This document shows, in pieces, positions 29,875 through 39,278 of a stretch of DNA of 64,000 nt (position 1 is the first letter of the stretch; each line of letters starts with the position of its first letter). Source of the stretch: an uncultured virus (IMG/VR IMGVR_UViG_3300031689_000528) (lineage: Duplodnaviria; Heunggongvirae; Uroviricota; Caudoviricetes); the IMG/VR virus record IMGVR_UViG_3300031689_000528. The stretch is one strand, 5' to 3'. The notes beneath the pieces are model-generated. The model was not told the origin of the DNA. It saw only the letters and a list, made by a program, of their open reading frames with translations, and made no database searches. The position numbers were made by a program, and so were the translations under genes.

Positions 29875-30510
29875 TTAACTCCTAGGAGGCGTTCTATCAG
29901 AAACAACATAGGGTATTCCATCACTGTAATACCTTACATCATCAATGTCACATATTAAATCAAGATTAGCCCATTGTCCTGATTTTTTAATTTTTTGATA
30001 TAAATTTGCAAAAGATTTCATATATTTTTCAGGTCCTACACCAGATACTTCATAGTCTCCACACATAGACAATATTATTTGTGTATAGTGACCTTGTTCA
30101 GCCCAACGTAAAGCAGAGTGATCTAATGTTTTAAAAACACAACCTGCTAGGTTTTGACCTGCTACAAGTACGTTTTGAATTTCTTTACCTTTTAATTTGA
30201 ATTTATTTTTTATACTCACAATGGAGTTAAGGTTTCCATTTTTATATTTGCTATCCCATTCTAACCACTGCCAATCATATCTTCCTTTAACTTCTTCGTA
30301 TAAGTTATTTAGATTGTATGCATTAGGAACTTTTTCATCTAAATTTTCAGATACTATACAAAGGTCTTCACAAGGGTGTTCAAACAGTAATCTTTTTAAA
30401 GTACTGAAACGAAGATCCTCTAACTCTTTGTCACGGTTAAGAAACGAATTACCTTCAAAGTCAATTAAGTTTAGAAGTGTGACTTGTTTAAGTTTTTCTG
30501 GGTGGTACAT
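29875..30510 (-). CDS. Cysteine hydrolase (isochorismatase/nicotinamidase-like fold), putative
   Basis: N-terminal LIDFE and VLVAGQNLAGCVxxT..SA..W...G pattern resemble the Asp/Cys catalytic motifs of this family. Confidence 0.5.
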   Translation of the reverse strand: MYHPEKLKQVTLLNLIDFEGNSFLNRDKELEDLRFSTLKRLLFEHPCEDLCIVSENLDEKVPNAYNLNNLYEEVKGRYDWQWLEWDSKYKNGNLNSIVSIKNKFKLKGKEIQNVLVAGQNLAGCVFKTLDHSALRWAEQGHYTQIILSMCGDYEVSGVGPEKYMKSFANLYQKIKKSGQWANLDLICDIDDVRYYSDGIPYVVSDRTPPRS

Positions 30511-30512
30511 TA

Positions 30513-31268
30513 TTAATCTTCAAATGCCCATGTCTTCTCGTTACACCAGAAACATTTATTACAATTTTCAAGAGTTTGCGACCAAGCACATGATTTAGTT
30601 AAAGGATATAAACTATCCATTAGATTGTGTTCTTTAAAAACACCTGCTACGAATTTCTTATCGTTTCTTAAATAAGGTTGATATGTAAGACCACCTTTAT
30701 CTATTGTGTCCATAACTTTCAGTTTACTTTCACCAGGATCTCTTTTTCTTTCTGCCACTTTATAAAATCCTCTTTCTTTCTGTACATCTACAGGAGGATT
30801 AGAAGTCATAGCCATAACAACAGGTGCGTCATACTGTAAAGACATTTTTGATCTTTTATCTCTATTTTGTAAAGCCTTTGAACAACCATTTAATGTTCCC
30901 CACATAGAAACTTTTTTACCATTTACTATAAGACTACCTTTTGGTGAGGCCATTGCTAGTTTTGCTTTCTCTTGCCAAACTGGATCAGACGTAGATACTG
31001 TAAATATCTTTAGATCATGTAGTTTAGGAAATTTGTTTTGTAACCATTGATGTACTTCTATAGCACGTTCAGTGTCTATAGGACAGTCTTCATCTTTGGT
31101 ATGAAAAGGGTACATATCTATGTTAGGAAAGTTTGTACCTATTAAGTATGTAAGTGATGATGAATCACAGCCACCTGATAATGATACTACAACCTTATCT
31201 GGTGGTCCTTCTGGAAAATGTTCTTTTCCGAATAAGTCAATAGTTTGATTGCCGTATGTTAGTTCCAT
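30513..31268 (-). CDS. PP-loop ATPase, QueC-like
   Basis: VSLSGGCDSS PP-loop; C-terminal TKSC..CNKCFWCNEK zinc site. Confidence 0.75.
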   Translation of the reverse strand: MELTYGNQTIDLFGKEHFPEGPPDKVVVSLSGGCDSSSLTYLIGTNFPNIDMYPFHTKDEDCPIDTERAIEVHQWLQNKFPKLHDLKIFTVSTSDPVWQEKAKLAMASPKGSLIVNGKKVSMWGTLNGCSKALQNRDKRSKMSLQYDAPVVMAMTSNPPVDVQKERGFYKVAERKRDPGESKLKVMDTIDKGGLTYQPYLRNDKKFVAGVFKEHNLMDSLYPLTKSCAWSQTLENCNKCFWCNEKTWAFED

Positions 31269-31277
31269 AATAAATCC

Positions 31278-32564
31278 TTAATAATTAGTTTCTCTTTTTG
31301 CCTTTAAATAGTATTCTTCTAGTTCGGGGTGTGTTGTAAATAAATCGTGTCCTTCTTTTTTACTAAAACCATTTTGGTCTAAATCGTGACAGTAATCAAT
31401 TGTCTTAATAAATTCTTCAACATCTTGTTCTTTGTCTAATGCTTTTATAATATTAGGATAGTCTTTATAAAATGGTTTTAACTTCTCTTTAATTTCTTTA
31501 GGTAAATTCTTTACTTGTAATATTCTTGGGTGTTCAATGATATAAAACGTGTGTTGTATACCCATATCTTTTAATAATGCAATTAGTTTATAATTTTCTA
31601 GTACACTTAAAAAAGATATTACAGAGTGAACATTAACTCTTGCGTTTCTTCTAGCTCTCATTGTTTTCACATTATCCAAAAGTGAAGGCCAATCTGATTT
31701 CTTTCTTAAATAGTCATTATATTTACCGTAACTATCTATTGATACTTTCATAACAAACTCTTTGAAGTGAGGAAAGTAATCTCTAAAGTTGTAACCGTCC
31801 ATATCAAATACTGATAAGTTTGTTTTATAGATTAAGTCTATACCTTTTGAATGACCTGTTGCTACTAATTTGTCTAATAGTTTGTAGTGATTTTTCATAA
31901 CTAAAGGTTCGCCACCAATTAGTTTGATTGATCTAGTATACTTTGCTACGGAGGCAACATCGTCTGTATATTCATCGTCATCATGTTTCATTGTATTCAT
32001 TCTTTCACCGTCTTTAGGGTCTAGATCAGGATCATATACTTTTTTTAATTGTTTTAGTGAGAGAGTTCTAGTGTTAGCACTTCTTGGTGTACACATATAA
32101 CAATCTAGATTACAAGCATTACCAAACATCTTCATTTTAATATCTAGTATTCTTTCATCAAATTCTGTAATTGCTCCTTCTTCAACAAACTTTTGAACGG
32201 CTCTTAATAATTCTGGTACTTTACTATCAAATGTTCCTGCTAGTATTTGTTCAGTATACTTTTGTCTGTCTGAACGACCATATTTTTGTTCTTGTTTCCA
32301 ACAACCTGTACAATGATGTCTAAAATATTTTGGATCATAATCTTCTTTTAACATTTCTGCTCTTAATTTATTTTGATAGTCGGAAGTATACCATTCTTTT
32401 ATTTTAGTATCTTCCATGTTATGGCCAGTTCTAGCTAGTGCGTCATAACAAGGTGCATATCTGCCACTTAAACTAGAGAATACGTGTGTGAAAGGAAGTG
32501 GACAAAACCATAGTTTTTTATCTTTTAGTTTTTGTTCAAACTCTTTTTTCTGTTGCTCGTTCAT
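31278..32564 (-). CDS. Radical SAM protein with N-terminal SPASM/Twitch-like domain
   Basis: FCPLPF..APC..CTGCW N-domain; GNACNLDCYMC; IGGEPL; VSIDSYG motifs. Confidence 0.88.
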   Translation of the reverse strand: MNEQQKKEFEQKLKDKKLWFCPLPFTHVFSSLSGRYAPCYDALARTGHNMEDTKIKEWYTSDYQNKLRAEMLKEDYDPKYFRHHCTGCWKQEQKYGRSDRQKYTEQILAGTFDSKVPELLRAVQKFVEEGAITEFDERILDIKMKMFGNACNLDCYMCTPRSANTRTLSLKQLKKVYDPDLDPKDGERMNTMKHDDDEYTDDVASVAKYTRSIKLIGGEPLVMKNHYKLLDKLVATGHSKGIDLIYKTNLSVFDMDGYNFRDYFPHFKEFVMKVSIDSYGKYNDYLRKKSDWPSLLDNVKTMRARRNARVNVHSVISFLSVLENYKLIALLKDMGIQHTFYIIEHPRILQVKNLPKEIKEKLKPFYKDYPNIIKALDKEQDVEEFIKTIDYCHDLDQNGFSKKEGHDLFTTHPELEEYYLKAKRETNY

Positions 32565-32565
32565 A

Positions 32566-33357
32566 CTAGTTATTTATCCATATGTTATACAACGGACTTT
32601 GAGGACTGCCATGTATAGAACGATTAGGTCCTGTATAGTGTACCATCTTTAGTGTCTCAGCTGGTTCATCTAGTAACATATAGTCAACATTAAAAGTTTT
32701 AGCGTATAGTTTATTTAAAGCAATCATATCTTCTCTATTTTCTGTATATTTACCTAACCATTCTGGTGGTGTCAAAGTAAGTTTACTTTTCTTTTCAAAT
32801 ATTTTCCAATCAACATAATTTTGTTCTCCATAATACTTAAAGTGTACTTTACCTGTATTGTAATAATGTAATTGCCAATATGGTGGATTAAGTGCGAAAT
32901 CGTCCCATATATGCTTAAACTGTCCTGATTTAAATTTATAAAAACCACCGTTTAGTGGTAAGATATTATTGTCTTTAAGTTTCTTTTCTTCACCATTTGT
33001 TGTAGCATTATTCCACCAAGTGCCATAAGATACTAGTTCATCATCACCGACAGGAAAACCTATAAGATCATCTACATTACCTACAACAACTTGATCTATA
33101 TCCATTATTATTATATCATCACCTGGCTGTTGACCACCAAATAGAGGACTAAAGAATTTTAATTTATGCCAGTGTTTTTTAATGTCGCTATGATGATTAT
33201 AAGGTAGTACAACATCTGCTTCAACATTAGGATCGTCACTTATACATACTGATCTAAAAGGTATACTACTATTCTTTCTTAAAGCCTTATAGAAGTTACC
33301 AACATAGTCTGGCGTATAAGTGCCTTTATAATATACAGTGCATATTCTAATCATCAA
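32566..33357 (-). CDS. GT-A glycosyltransferase-like protein
   Basis: WHKLKFF, IMDIDQVV (DxD), NGGFYKF, GEQNYV and VHYTG motifs; paralog-like to 29261. Confidence 0.72.
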   Translation of the reverse strand: MMIRICTVYYKGTYTPDYVGNFYKALRKNSSIPFRSVCISDDPNVEADVVLPYNHHSDIKKHWHKLKFFSPLFGGQQPGDDIIIMDIDQVVVGNVDDLIGFPVGDDELVSYGTWWNNATTNGEEKKLKDNNILPLNGGFYKFKSGQFKHIWDDFALNPPYWQLHYYNTGKVHFKYYGEQNYVDWKIFEKKSKLTLTPPEWLGKYTENREDMIALNKLYAKTFNVDYMLLDEPAETLKMVHYTGPNRSIHGSPQSPLYNIWINN

Positions 33358-34201
33358 TATGTTTCCATATCAAATCAAATCTTTTATTAATGGCATGTAT
33401 AAGTTTGGCTGTCGTAGGAATAAACATTTGACTATCAAAAAAATAATGCCAATCTTTGTCTAACCATTGTACCGGTACTTTCTTTTCTTTTAACTTAACA
33501 GCAAACAGTGTCTCGTTATCATAACCAAAGAAATCAGCAATCTTTTTAGGAAATAAATCGTATACTCCTATAAGACTTGTCATTAATTTAAGGTCATCTT
33601 TAAAATCAGTAAAGTATTCTAATTGATCTAAATGCTTTTTACTAATACCTACTATACCTGTATTAATAACATCATTGGTTGGACTTAAACCTTTCTCTAT
33701 TAACATAGCCTGAGCATTATAGTACTTGGCGTTTGGACTTCTTATTGTTTGAGTTTTAGGTGTTATTCTTTGAATAGGACTTACTCTTTCATTGTTATTT
33801 AAAACACATATACCTTTTGATAAGTCCCATACTTCAAAAAAGTTTTCATTTGTATTAGGAACAACATCAAAGTCTAGGTACAATACTTCATCGTATTTCT
33901 TACCAAACTCATATAGTAGATGTATCTTAAAGAAATTAACTATGTTATAACTTGTAATTTCTGGATAGTTTTTTCTAAAGAATTTATAGTACTCTGTATA
34001 GTCTTCAACCATTTTAAAGTCTACACCAATACTCTTAGCATATTCAACTTTACAATCTACCAATCTTTGATAGTTTATTTGAAATTCATTTTTAGTATTA
34101 TAGTTTGTATGTACGGCGTCTGGTTTCTTTATATGATCGTCAAATAAATCTAACTCTGCCTTAGGTATATCTATGAATAAACTGAATATTATTCTTTTCA
34201 T
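33347..34201 (-). CDS. GT-A glycosyltransferase (GT8-like)
   Basis: KIHLL, VLYLDFDVV, INTGIV, DNETLF and IHAINK motifs; likely start MKRII at 34201 with AGGAG RBS. Confidence 0.7.
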   Translation of the reverse strand: MKRIIFSLFIDIPKAELDLFDDHIKKPDAVHTNYNTKNEFQINYQRLVDCKVEYAKSIGVDFKMVEDYTEYYKFFRKNYPEITSYNIVNFFKIHLLYEFGKKYDEVLYLDFDVVPNTNENFFEVWDLSKGICVLNNNERVSPIQRITPKTQTIRSPNAKYYNAQAMLIEKGLSPTNDVINTGIVGISKKHLDQLEYFTDFKDDLKLMTSLIGVYDLFPKKIADFFGYDNETLFAVKLKEKKVPVQWLDKDWHYFFDSQMFIPTTAKLIHAINKRFDLIWKHIDD

Positions 34202-34202
34202 A

Positions 34203-34826
34203 CTACTCCTTGTAGTGTGCTGGTGTATCTGTTTCCAGTTTACCAATTAATAAAAATCTTGTTCCTCTATAGTCTGTTACCTTTTCTTCAGCAAGAACTG
34301 TTGCTGTATCTGGTAACTGTTTTTTAAAATCTTCTATTGTATCTACACAGTTTATATGTCCTTCAATATCATACATGTCGTTAGATGTAAAAGCAAAGTA
34401 AGAATTTATGTTACTTAAAATCTTTAAGTCTCTCATAGGTTTCATATGTTCACAAGAGGTGTTAATAATAAGTTTTGTTCTTTTAATTCTGTTAGAATCT
34501 TCAGCCCATTCAAAACAATCTTTATTAACAAAGTCTATTTGTTTATATCCTGGATATATTCTATATTTGTTTCTACTAATAACTTGTGGATCTAAATCTA
34601 TAGCAGTAATTCTTTTAACTTCATGGTAAAAGGCAGGTATTAATATACTACCATACCAACAACCAAAAATAGCTATATCATCTTCTTTTTCTAATGGTAC
34701 TAATTTCTTAATATGATCTATAAGTTTTATTTTAGTATTGAATTGGTTAGGACTTAATGAATCTAATAGATCACTATTCTCTCTAATTTCTTCCATTATA
34801 TTTTTAAATAAATTTAAATCAATCAT
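34203..34826 (-). CDS. Class I SAM-dependent methyltransferase-like protein
   Basis: IAIFGCWYG, ITAIDLD and IINTSCEHM motifs. Confidence 0.75.
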   Translation of the reverse strand: MIDLNLFKNIMEEIRENSDLLDSLSPNQFNTKIKLIDHIKKLVPLEKEDDIAIFGCWYGSILIPAFYHEVKRITAIDLDPQVISRNKYRIYPGYKQIDFVNKDCFEWAEDSNRIKRTKLIINTSCEHMKPMRDLKILSNINSYFAFTSNDMYDIEGHINCVDTIEDFKKQLPDTATVLAEEKVTDYRGTRFLLIGKLETDTPAHYKE

Positions 34827-36358
34827 TTTCTTATTATATAATCATTAATAACTAATATATCTATAGCAGTTTTCTTAAATGTTCTTAATGCATGTTCAGG
34901 AGTTTCTACAATAGGTTCTTGACAGTTAAAACTTGTATTAACTAACATAGGAACACCAGTGATCTCTCCGAACTCTCTTATAAGTTCATAGAATTTACTA
35001 TTATCTTTTTTATTTACTGTTTGTATTCTAGCCGTGCCATCAACGTGAGTAACACCAGGTATTACATTTTTCATTTCTGGTTTAACTTTACATATTCTTG
35101 ACATGTAAGGACTAGGTGAGTTAGTATCAAAGTATTGTTTATAGTGTTCTTCTAATACGGCTGGTGCAAATGGTCTAAAGTCTTCTCTCATTTTAACAGT
35201 ACCATTAATAATATCTTTTATATCAGGATTTCTAGGATCAGCTAATATACTTCTATTACCTAATGCTCTGTTACCACTTTCTGATTTACCTTGAAACCAA
35301 CCTACTATCTTGCCATCAGCAAGTGCTTGAGCAATTTCTTTATATGAAGTTAACTTTTCTTCGCCTTTGTAATAGTCATATGATTTGCCAGCATAAACGT
35401 TAGAAATATGTACATTATTGTTTATTGTATAGTCAGCATGTTGATAAGCACCAATAGCCTGTCCTTCATCACCAATTGCAGGTGGTACATGAACGTTTTG
35501 ATAGTGTTCAGTAAACATTTCATTTACATAACCATTGTAAGCAACTCCACCAGCAAGACAAAGATGATCACAAGTTTTTAATGGATAAACATATTCCTTA
35601 ATTTTTTCCATTGTAATATGTTGTAGTGTATATGCTAAGTCATTTATACCGTGTTTGTCAATCTCTATAGATTTCCATTCTGGATACTTTCTTTCTAAAA
35701 TAGGTCCTTCTAATATAGTGGTTAATACATTATAATAGTAATCACTAAATTTACCATAACCAACTTTACCCATAAGTTTACTTGCACCTAGTGTTCCGAA
35801 ACCTGTAAGATTAGACATATGATTCCATAACCACCCGATAGGAAGTTTTGATGATAGATCAGTTGCTTTACCGTCTCTATCAAAAAATAAACATCTGTAT
35901 TTTGAGCCAATGCCGTCTATTGCAAGTACATCACTTTGTTGATAACCTGAATTTAAAAATGCATAAGCAGCATGTGATTGATGATGATCAATATAATAGA
36001 TACCATCTTTATAATAATTTTGCCATAATGTTTTAACTTCGTAGTCTAAAATCTCATCATGTCCTTTAAATATAGTTTTAAATAATTCTTCTTTTGATTT
36101 TCTTATACCACCATAAGTGTATGTAAATGCTAAAACACTGTCCTCTGGTTTTTTAAGATGTTCTTTTATAAACTGATCATTTAAAGTATAGTCACCAGGA
36201 TTTAATATATCTGATTGATGATTATATGCTTCTGCTCTGTATGGTAAGTTATGTTTAAATCTAGTATGTCTTTCTATCTGATTGTGAAAGATACCATCGT
36301 AGGTATTGTGATCGTGTAAGTTAATTGCGACTGCATTTATTTTCATTTTCTTTTCCAT
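34823..36358 (-). CDS. Carbamoyltransferase (NodU/CmcH family)
   Basis: HD, HHQSHAAYAF, IDGIG, KLMG, AGGVAYN, GDEGQAIG, ESGNRALGNRSIL, REDFRPFAP, HVDGTARIQTV and NTSFN motifs. Confidence 0.93.
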   Translation of the reverse strand: MEKKMKINAVAINLHDHNTYDGIFHNQIERHTRFKHNLPYRAEAYNHQSDILNPGDYTLNDQFIKEHLKKPEDSVLAFTYTYGGIRKSKEELFKTIFKGHDEILDYEVKTLWQNYYKDGIYYIDHHQSHAAYAFLNSGYQQSDVLAIDGIGSKYRCLFFDRDGKATDLSSKLPIGWLWNHMSNLTGFGTLGASKLMGKVGYGKFSDYYYNVLTTILEGPILERKYPEWKSIEIDKHGINDLAYTLQHITMEKIKEYVYPLKTCDHLCLAGGVAYNGYVNEMFTEHYQNVHVPPAIGDEGQAIGAYQHADYTINNNVHISNVYAGKSYDYYKGEEKLTSYKEIAQALADGKIVGWFQGKSESGNRALGNRSILADPRNPDIKDIINGTVKMREDFRPFAPAVLEEHYKQYFDTNSPSPYMSRICKVKPEMKNVIPGVTHVDGTARIQTVNKKDNSKFYELIREFGEITGVPMLVNTSFNCQEPIVETPEHALRTFKKTAIDILVINDYIIRK

Positions 36359-36375
36359 TGTTATATTCGCTTTAT

Positions 36376-36774
36376 TTATAGTCCCATTAAATCTCTTATT
36401 TCAGGATCAATCATATCTCTAGACCACATAGGTGTCATTGTAATTCTGACTTTACATTTTAATCCTGGAATACTTTCAACAGCTTGTCTAACTCCATTAA
36501 CTATTTCATCTACTGCTGGACAAAAAGCAGACGTTAAACTCATTAATACAAATACATATCTTTCAGAGGTAACTTTAACGTCATATATAAGTCCAAGTGT
36601 ATATATGTCTGTATCAATTTCAGGATCATAACAAGTTTTAAGTTTCTCTGTAATCTTATTAATAAACTCTAGACGCATTTCTTGGTCGTCTTTAATATCT
36701 GATAAAGTAGCGTTAACTTGTGGGTCAACCGATGGTGTAGGTTGTCTTAAATCTGGATCATCTGTTTCATTCAT
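36376..36774 (-). CDS. sufT: DUF59/SufT (MIP18/PaaD-like) Fe-S assembly protein
   Basis: LKTCYDPEIDTDIYTLGLIYDV, MSLTSAFCP and PMWSRDM motifs. Confidence 0.88.
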   Translation of the reverse strand: MNETDDPDLRQPTPSVDPQVNATLSDIKDDQEMRLEFINKITEKLKTCYDPEIDTDIYTLGLIYDVKVTSERYVFVLMSLTSAFCPAVDEIVNGVRQAVESIPGLKCKVRITMTPMWSRDMIDPEIRDLMGL

Positions 36775-36783
36775 AATTTACTC

Positions 36784-37623
36784 CTATACGTTCAATATGT
36801 TAGCGTACTTCTCAATAGGGAAGTGTCCCTTTGGTTGTACATACTCCTTACATGTTACACAATACTTTTCATATTTAAATAACTGGAAATTCATCATCTT
36901 GTCTACGTTTTCTTTTGTCATAGGAAACGATCTAGATAGTTCAAGATTGTTAGCAAACTTTTTACTACAGTGTACTATAGTTTTTGTTTCAAAGTTTATT
37001 ACTGGTACCATTGGAAAAGCGGCACACATTTTACGATCTATTTCAGCTGCTTGTTTATGTACTTCTTCTACATCACCTTTAGTTGGTGTTCTACCATTAA
37101 ATGCTTTGAACATAGTATTTTTATGTTCTAGTTTCTTTTTAAATTCTGGATAGTTTGCTATGTATTTAAAGTAATTAGGTGTTTTAAGTACTACGTTATA
37201 GTTATTCATATCATTTGGTTCTAGATAGTCATAGTTACCTAATTTCTTTATCTCATCTGGATAAAAATCTAACGTTAAATGTTCTACATATAAAATATCT
37301 GGGTCTTTTAGTATCTCTGGGTATCTTTTTCTTATAAAAGAGTTAGATAAAACTTGGCAAATAAAATTAGGGTATTCTTTTACCATTGCAATCACTTCAC
37401 GCAAGTTCTTAATTAGACCTGGCTCTCCACCAAGTAAACATATTCTAGTCTTATAATTCTTTAAACTTTCTAACGTTTCTCTTAAAAAATCTAAATCTAC
37501 TGTTAAGTTTCTCATTTCTAGAGTATAACTTGTACAGTAGTGACAATCTTTATTACAAGACATTGATAGAAAGAAATCTACAGCTAAGTAGTTCTTTTGT
37601 GCATATGTTAAATCAAATTTCAT
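36784..37623 (-). CDS. Radical SAM protein
   Basis: CNKDCHYC, LLGGEPGL and C-terminal C..HC..CVTC. Confidence 0.85.
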   Translation of the reverse strand: MKFDLTYAQKNYLAVDFFLSMSCNKDCHYCTSYTLEMRNLTVDLDFLRETLESLKNYKTRICLLGGEPGLIKNLREVIAMVKEYPNFICQVLSNSFIRKRYPEILKDPDILYVEHLTLDFYPDEIKKLGNYDYLEPNDMNNYNVVLKTPNYFKYIANYPEFKKKLEHKNTMFKAFNGRTPTKGDVEEVHKQAAEIDRKMCAAFPMVPVINFETKTIVHCSKKFANNLELSRSFPMTKENVDKMMNFQLFKYEKYCVTCKEYVQPKGHFPIEKYANILNV

Positions 37624-38467
37624 TTTTGTCTTCTTCTAACTGTCTATTTATCTCTAGTTCACCACCAAGAGATTTTTCTATTACCATTTCTGTAAACTTT
37701 TTATCATCATAATGCCACATATCCTTTGCATTTTTAAATGTCTTACTGTCTGCTGGCTGTTTTGTCACATCAACCCAATTTATCATATCTTCATATGGTG
37801 GTTTATGATCATCTTGTACTTGATTAGTTCTTTTCATAAAATCCATTCTGTAATAGGAACCATAACCTAGTGTAACTATCATGTGTGGTGTTCTATTAAC
37901 ATAAGTAGTATCTTGCCATCTAGATGGATTTTTAGGAAAACAAGAAGTAAATGAAACGTCTATACCTTTTTCTAATGCCAGGCCAACTAATGATTGAGAA
38001 AATAATCCACATTCAAAAGAAATTAAACTGTCTATTTCGCTTAATTCACTTTCAATAGTTTGTTCCGTAAAGTGACTATCATTATCTACACCCCATTGAT
38101 TAAATTTATTGTTCTCACAAAGTCTTGATTCAAATACCAAAACATATGGAGCACTTATTATATGTTGATAGTTTCTATTTACTAAATGTATTGAATCTTT
38201 TATCTTACCCTCTCTCATGGCCCTATCTTCGGTTGCATGGTGATTAAATACTGCTTTATTCCATATCTTAATTTTTTCTGATTGATTTTCATCTCCTGGA
38301 CCTATAATGTTTATCTTATAAGGCATAAACTGTTGTTTAGAAGGAGTTACTTCATAAGCTTCTTTAATAACAGAGTTTACTTCTTCTTTAGTTGGCCATT
38401 TTTCTCTATCGTACAACCAAACTTGTTGTCTCTTATTAAGTGCTTTGTATACTGGAGATTTAGTCAT
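37613..38467 (-). CDS. Nitroreductase-family flavoprotein
   Basis: KRQQV, TPSKQQFMPYK, APYVLVF, ECGLF and IVTLGY motifs. Confidence 0.72.
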   Translation of the reverse strand: MTKSPVYKALNKRQQVWLYDREKWPTKEEVNSVIKEAYEVTPSKQQFMPYKINIIGPGDENQSEKIKIWNKAVFNHHATEDRAMREGKIKDSIHLVNRNYQHIISAPYVLVFESRLCENNKFNQWGVDNDSHFTEQTIESELSEIDSLISFECGLFSQSLVGLALEKGIDVSFTSCFPKNPSRWQDTTYVNRTPHMIVTLGYGSYYRMDFMKRTNQVQDDHKPPYEDMINWVDVTKQPADSKTFKNAKDMWHYDDKKFTEMVIEKSLGGELEINRQLEEDKNEI

Positions 38468-39278
38468 TTATTCCTATATTTAAATCTTGTTTACTAATGT
38501 TTAATCTTCTTTTCATTTCAGTTTTATTTTCGTCTGTAGTTCCAGATGTATCTTCAACCCAATTTATTACATCTTTAAAGTCTGCTTTTCTGTCCATATC
38601 CCAATTACTTTTACCGTTTTCGGTATCAGGACCATTTTCTTCCATCCACTGTTTCTTATAATATTTTCCATGTCCCATAGAACAAGTTAGAAGTGGTAAA
38701 GTTGTAACAAAATCTAGATCATGCCATTTTTCTACATCTTTAGGAAAACATTGTGTATATGTAATATCAATACCTTTCTCTACTAGTAATCCTGTAAGAG
38801 AAGCTACAAACAATCCTACTTCAACACTTGTTGCTTGTGCTAGGTTGTTTATTTGATCTTCAAATTCTGGTTCACTAAAGTGACCATCTTCAGCAATACA
38901 TTTTTGATTCCATGCATTTGTTTTTCCTGGTTCAACAACTCTAGACGTAATAACTATTACATAAGGAGCGTCTGATAAATGTTGATATGTTTTATTTACT
39001 TTTTTAGGTGATTGATCTATCTGACCTTTTGATAATGCTCTTTCTTCCACATTATGGTGGTTATGCATTGCCTTATCCCATACTTTAAGTTTTTCATCAT
39101 CAAACTTTGATTCTGGACCTAATATATTTACTTTGTAGGGATAGTAATTTTGTTTTGAGGGTGTCATATGCCAGGCTTTCCAGAGACAATCTTCTATAAC
39201 TTTTTTATCTGGTATATTATCCTTATCGTATTCTATTACATGTTTACGTTTTAAAAACGTTTCATATATTTTTGACAT
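38460..39278 (-). CDS. Nitroreductase-family flavoprotein (paralog)
   Basis: KRKHV, TPSKQNYYPYK, APYVIV and EVGLF motifs; colinear with the 37613 protein. Confidence 0.72.
   Translation of the reverse strand: MSKIYETFLKRKHVIEYDKDNIPDKKVIEDCLWKAWHMTPSKQNYYPYKVNILGPESKFDDEKLKVWDKAMHNHHNVEERALSKGQIDQSPKKVNKTYQHLSDAPYVIVITSRVVEPGKTNAWNQKCIAEDGHFSEPEFEDQINNLAQATSVEVGLFVASLTGLLVEKGIDITYTQCFPKDVEKWHDLDFVTTLPLLTCSMGHGKYYKKQWMEENGPDTENGKSNWDMDRKADFKDVINWVEDTSGTTDENKTEMKRRLNISKQDLNIGIND

Noticed and set aside
30513..31268. Calling the gene queC and inferring 7-deazaguanine DNA modification
   Set aside because: Only fold-level motifs are visible and no partner pathway genes lie in the window.
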